This document shows positions 61,396 through 64,000 of a DNA stretch of 64,000 nt, piece by piece. Origin of the DNA: Gracilinanus agilis (taxonomy: Eukaryota); contig NC_058132.1 of the NCBI RefSeq assembly GCF_016433145.1, forward strand, positions 645,055,297-645,119,296, in the 5' to 3' direction. The first letter of the stretch is position 1. Each line of letters opens with the position of its first letter. The position numbers and the translations under genes are program-made. The notes under the pieces are model-generated. The model saw nothing but the letters and a program-made list of their open reading frames with translations, searched no databases and was not told the origin of the DNA.

Positions 61396-62741
61396 GGTAT
61401 TAGCAACCTCTGAGGGTCATTGCGAGAGTTTATTGGGGACAGAGTAAATGGGACCTTAAGGCTGGAGACAAAAAGCATTAAGTTAAAATTTGATCTCAGA
61501 TACTTAGGAGCTTTGTGACCCTTGGGGGCAAATTACTCAACCTCTTTTTGCCTCAATTTCCTCACCTGCAAAATGGGAATAATGTCAGCACCAACTTCCC
61601 AAGGTTATTGTGAGGATCGAATGAGAAAATATTCATAAAATGGTTGGCAAATCTCAAAAAACAGTAAAAATGTGGGCTATCATTAGCTAGCTATGATAGA
61701 GGGTGATGGTGATGATGGTGGTGGTAATGGTGATGATGACTGCTATATCTCTTTCCTACCTGTCATTTTGGATTAGACAAGCGATTCTGTGGGTATAGGA
61801 AACTCACTGGCAAGGAAAATCCTTCTATCAAAGCAGGTCAGAAACTCCTCTGCCACTTCAAGCTTTAGAGAGTTGTGAAAAGTTTAGTGACTTGTCCACA
61901 GTCCCTCAGACATCATGTGTCAGAAGTAAGAACTGAAATCAAGACTTTCTTGACTCCAAAATTGGCTTTCTACCCACCAGACACAACGCCTCTTTCCTAT
62001 ATTAAACTAGAATACTAAATAGTTTCAATTTATTTGGATTTCAAAAGTAGTTTATTATGTTCAAAGTATTATATACATAAATGCATATGTACACACACAC
62101 ACAGCATGAGTGACAAAGAGTAAACACTAATTTTCAGAGATGAGGAAATAAAGACATAGATGAGAGATATAACTTTCTTCCAGGGAATCGTGACGCAAAC
62201 ACAGAGCTAGAACTAGCAACCTCTTGGCTCAGGCCTGAGCCCGAGGTGCCATTTCTCCCGAATCCAAGTTTAAAAAAGTTGGACACCCCATGGCAGGACT
62301 GTCCCCTGCAGATGTCAGTTGAAGGTAGCTGACAAAGGGATCTTCCTGATTTTGTTGCCAGATTCCTATTTCAGAGCCTAAAGTTATTACTCCTCAAAGA
62401 CTATCAGGACAAGGATAAATGCCTTCAGCTCATTCAAAGAAGTCTAAGGGTAGAGGTCACAATAAATACAGAAAACAGTCATGGAACTCCTCTTAAGAGA
62501 AATACTATAAAAGAGATGCCACAGGGCAAATTGGCCCAAGAGGTTTAATTGGCCCAAAAGTTGTGATCTCCTTTGGGATGGTAGGGAAACTCCTGGAATT
62601 CAATGTAGCATAGATGTGAAGCTGGGAGAAGCCCCAGAGAACATCTAGTCCAAATTCTTTATTTTATCGAGGAGATTAAGACCCACCAAGAAAAAGTTCC
62701 AGTTCTCTCATTCAAAATCCAGCAATTTTTCTACTCTATCA

Positions 62742-62982
62742 GCCAAGGGACCCAATAGATGGAGGACCAAACGTGAAGTCATGAAGATGTGAATTCAAAT
62801 CTAGTTTCAGACATTTACTAGCTTTGTGACCCTGGGTCATTTAATCCTTTTTGCCTCTGTTTCCTCATTTGTAATGAGCTGGAGAAGGAAATGGCAAACT
62901 GCTCCAGTATATTTGTCAGAAAAACCCCAAATAGAGTCACAAAGAGTCTGAGAGTTCTGAAATAACTGAACAACAACATTTC
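62742..62982 (+). mobile_element. MAR1-type SINE
   Basis: Core + gagctggagaaggaaatggcaaactgctccagtat..aaaaccccaaatagagtcacaaagagtc..actgaacaacaac tail. Confidence 0.8.
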
Positions 62983-63029
62983 AAATAAGATAATAATTAT
63001 AAAGTATTTGGCATAGTACCTAGCACGTT

Positions 63030-63990
63030 CTATTATGTTGTGAGCCTGAGGGACTGGGAGAATGATGTTGCCTTCTACATTGATAGGGAAGGTGAGAGAA
63101 GGGGCTAGACAGAAATACTACGAGTTCTGTTTTGAGCATACCGAGATTCAGATGTCTATTGGATATCCTGTTCAAGATGTCTGAAAGGCAGTTGGAAATG
63201 GGAAACTTTAGGTTACTAGAGAGGTTGGGGCAGCATGAGTAGATTTTAGGATCATCAACCCAGAGAGGGAAATTAAAGACATTAGAGCTAATGAGATCAC
63301 CAAGTAAAATAGGATACAAGAAGGAAATAAGAAAACCCAGACCAAAACCCTGAAGGCCACCTGTGGTGGTGAGGGCATGATCTGGAAGAGAGTCCAGCAA
63401 AGGAGACAGGGAAGGAACAGTAAGATGGATAGAAGGAGAATTAGGAGAGAGCAAAGTTCTAGCACCTAGAGAAAAGAGAATAGCAAGGAAGAGGGAATGA
63501 GTTGCAAGGTCAAAAACTGCAGAGAGAGCAAGGAGAATGAGGCCTGAGAAGAGAGGTCTTTGGATTTAGTAGCTAAGGAATCATTTGTAACTTTGTGGAG
63601 AAAGACTTGGTGGGATATTAAGGTTGGATATTCAGGGATTAAGAAGAGAGTGATAGAAGGGAAGCAGAAGCACCCATTAGAGATAGGATTTTTAAAGGAA
63701 TTTAGCTAGAGAGAGCAGAAGAGATATAGAATGATACTAGGGATGGAAGGGCCAAAAAAAAGGTTTTTTATTTTCTTTCAGGATAGAGAAGAAATGTGCA
63801 TGTTTGTAGATAATAAGGAATGAGTGAGAGAGAGAGAGAGATGGAAAATAAATGAAAGAGTTGGAATGATAAGTGACAGGGACAATCTTTGGAGAAGGCA
63901 AGATGGAGCAGAATCGATTAAAGAAGAGAGGTCAGCCTTGATAAGGAGTCTCTAACCATGTCTAATGGGGACAAAAGAGAGGCAGAAGGC
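63030..63990 (-). mobile_element. L2 ORF2 remnant
   Basis: Minus-strand peptide ISNCLSDILNRISNRHLNLGMLKTELVVF resembles the L2 motif ISNCLLDISTWMSxRHLKLNxSKTEL. Confidence 0.8.
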
Positions 63991-64000
63991 ACATGAGTGA

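Overview
Eukaryotic, CpG-depleted, repeat-rich genomic DNA from a marsupial, most likely Monodelphis domestica or a close didelphid. The basis is SINE1_Mdo-type and MAR1-type SINEs, marsupial-type L1 3' ends and small N gaps typical of a draft assembly. Two partial genes lie tail-to-tail. TMEM207 is on + (exons 3-5 at 1359-1403, 1556-1698, 14730-14866; exons 1-2 upstream of the window). CLDN16/claudin-16 is on - (exons 2-5 at 47286-47184, 44187-44023, 41459-41268, 34322-34189; exon 1 not found, presumably beyond 64000). All visible introns are GT-AG with consistent phases, and the gene order matches the mammalian CLDN16-TMEM207 synteny as recalled. The rest is L1, L2, CR1/L3, SINEs, four hAT MITEs with 8-bp TSDs, a solo LTR with a 6-bp TSD, microsatellites and assembly gaps or artefacts. 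I found no new protein-coding system; almost all listed ORFs are noise or transposon remnants. The best non-canonical signals are: (i) a hAT MITE family carrying a near-perfect CTCF core, present as two convergently oriented copies between the two genes; (ii) four short, apparently locally templated inverted duplications inside or next to CLDN16, including a perfect 37-bp hairpin near the last acceptor; (iii) loss of three Asp residues in CLDN16 TM2/intracellular loop while the visible part of ECL1 appears unchanged. Family names and human comparisons are from recall and were not searched.
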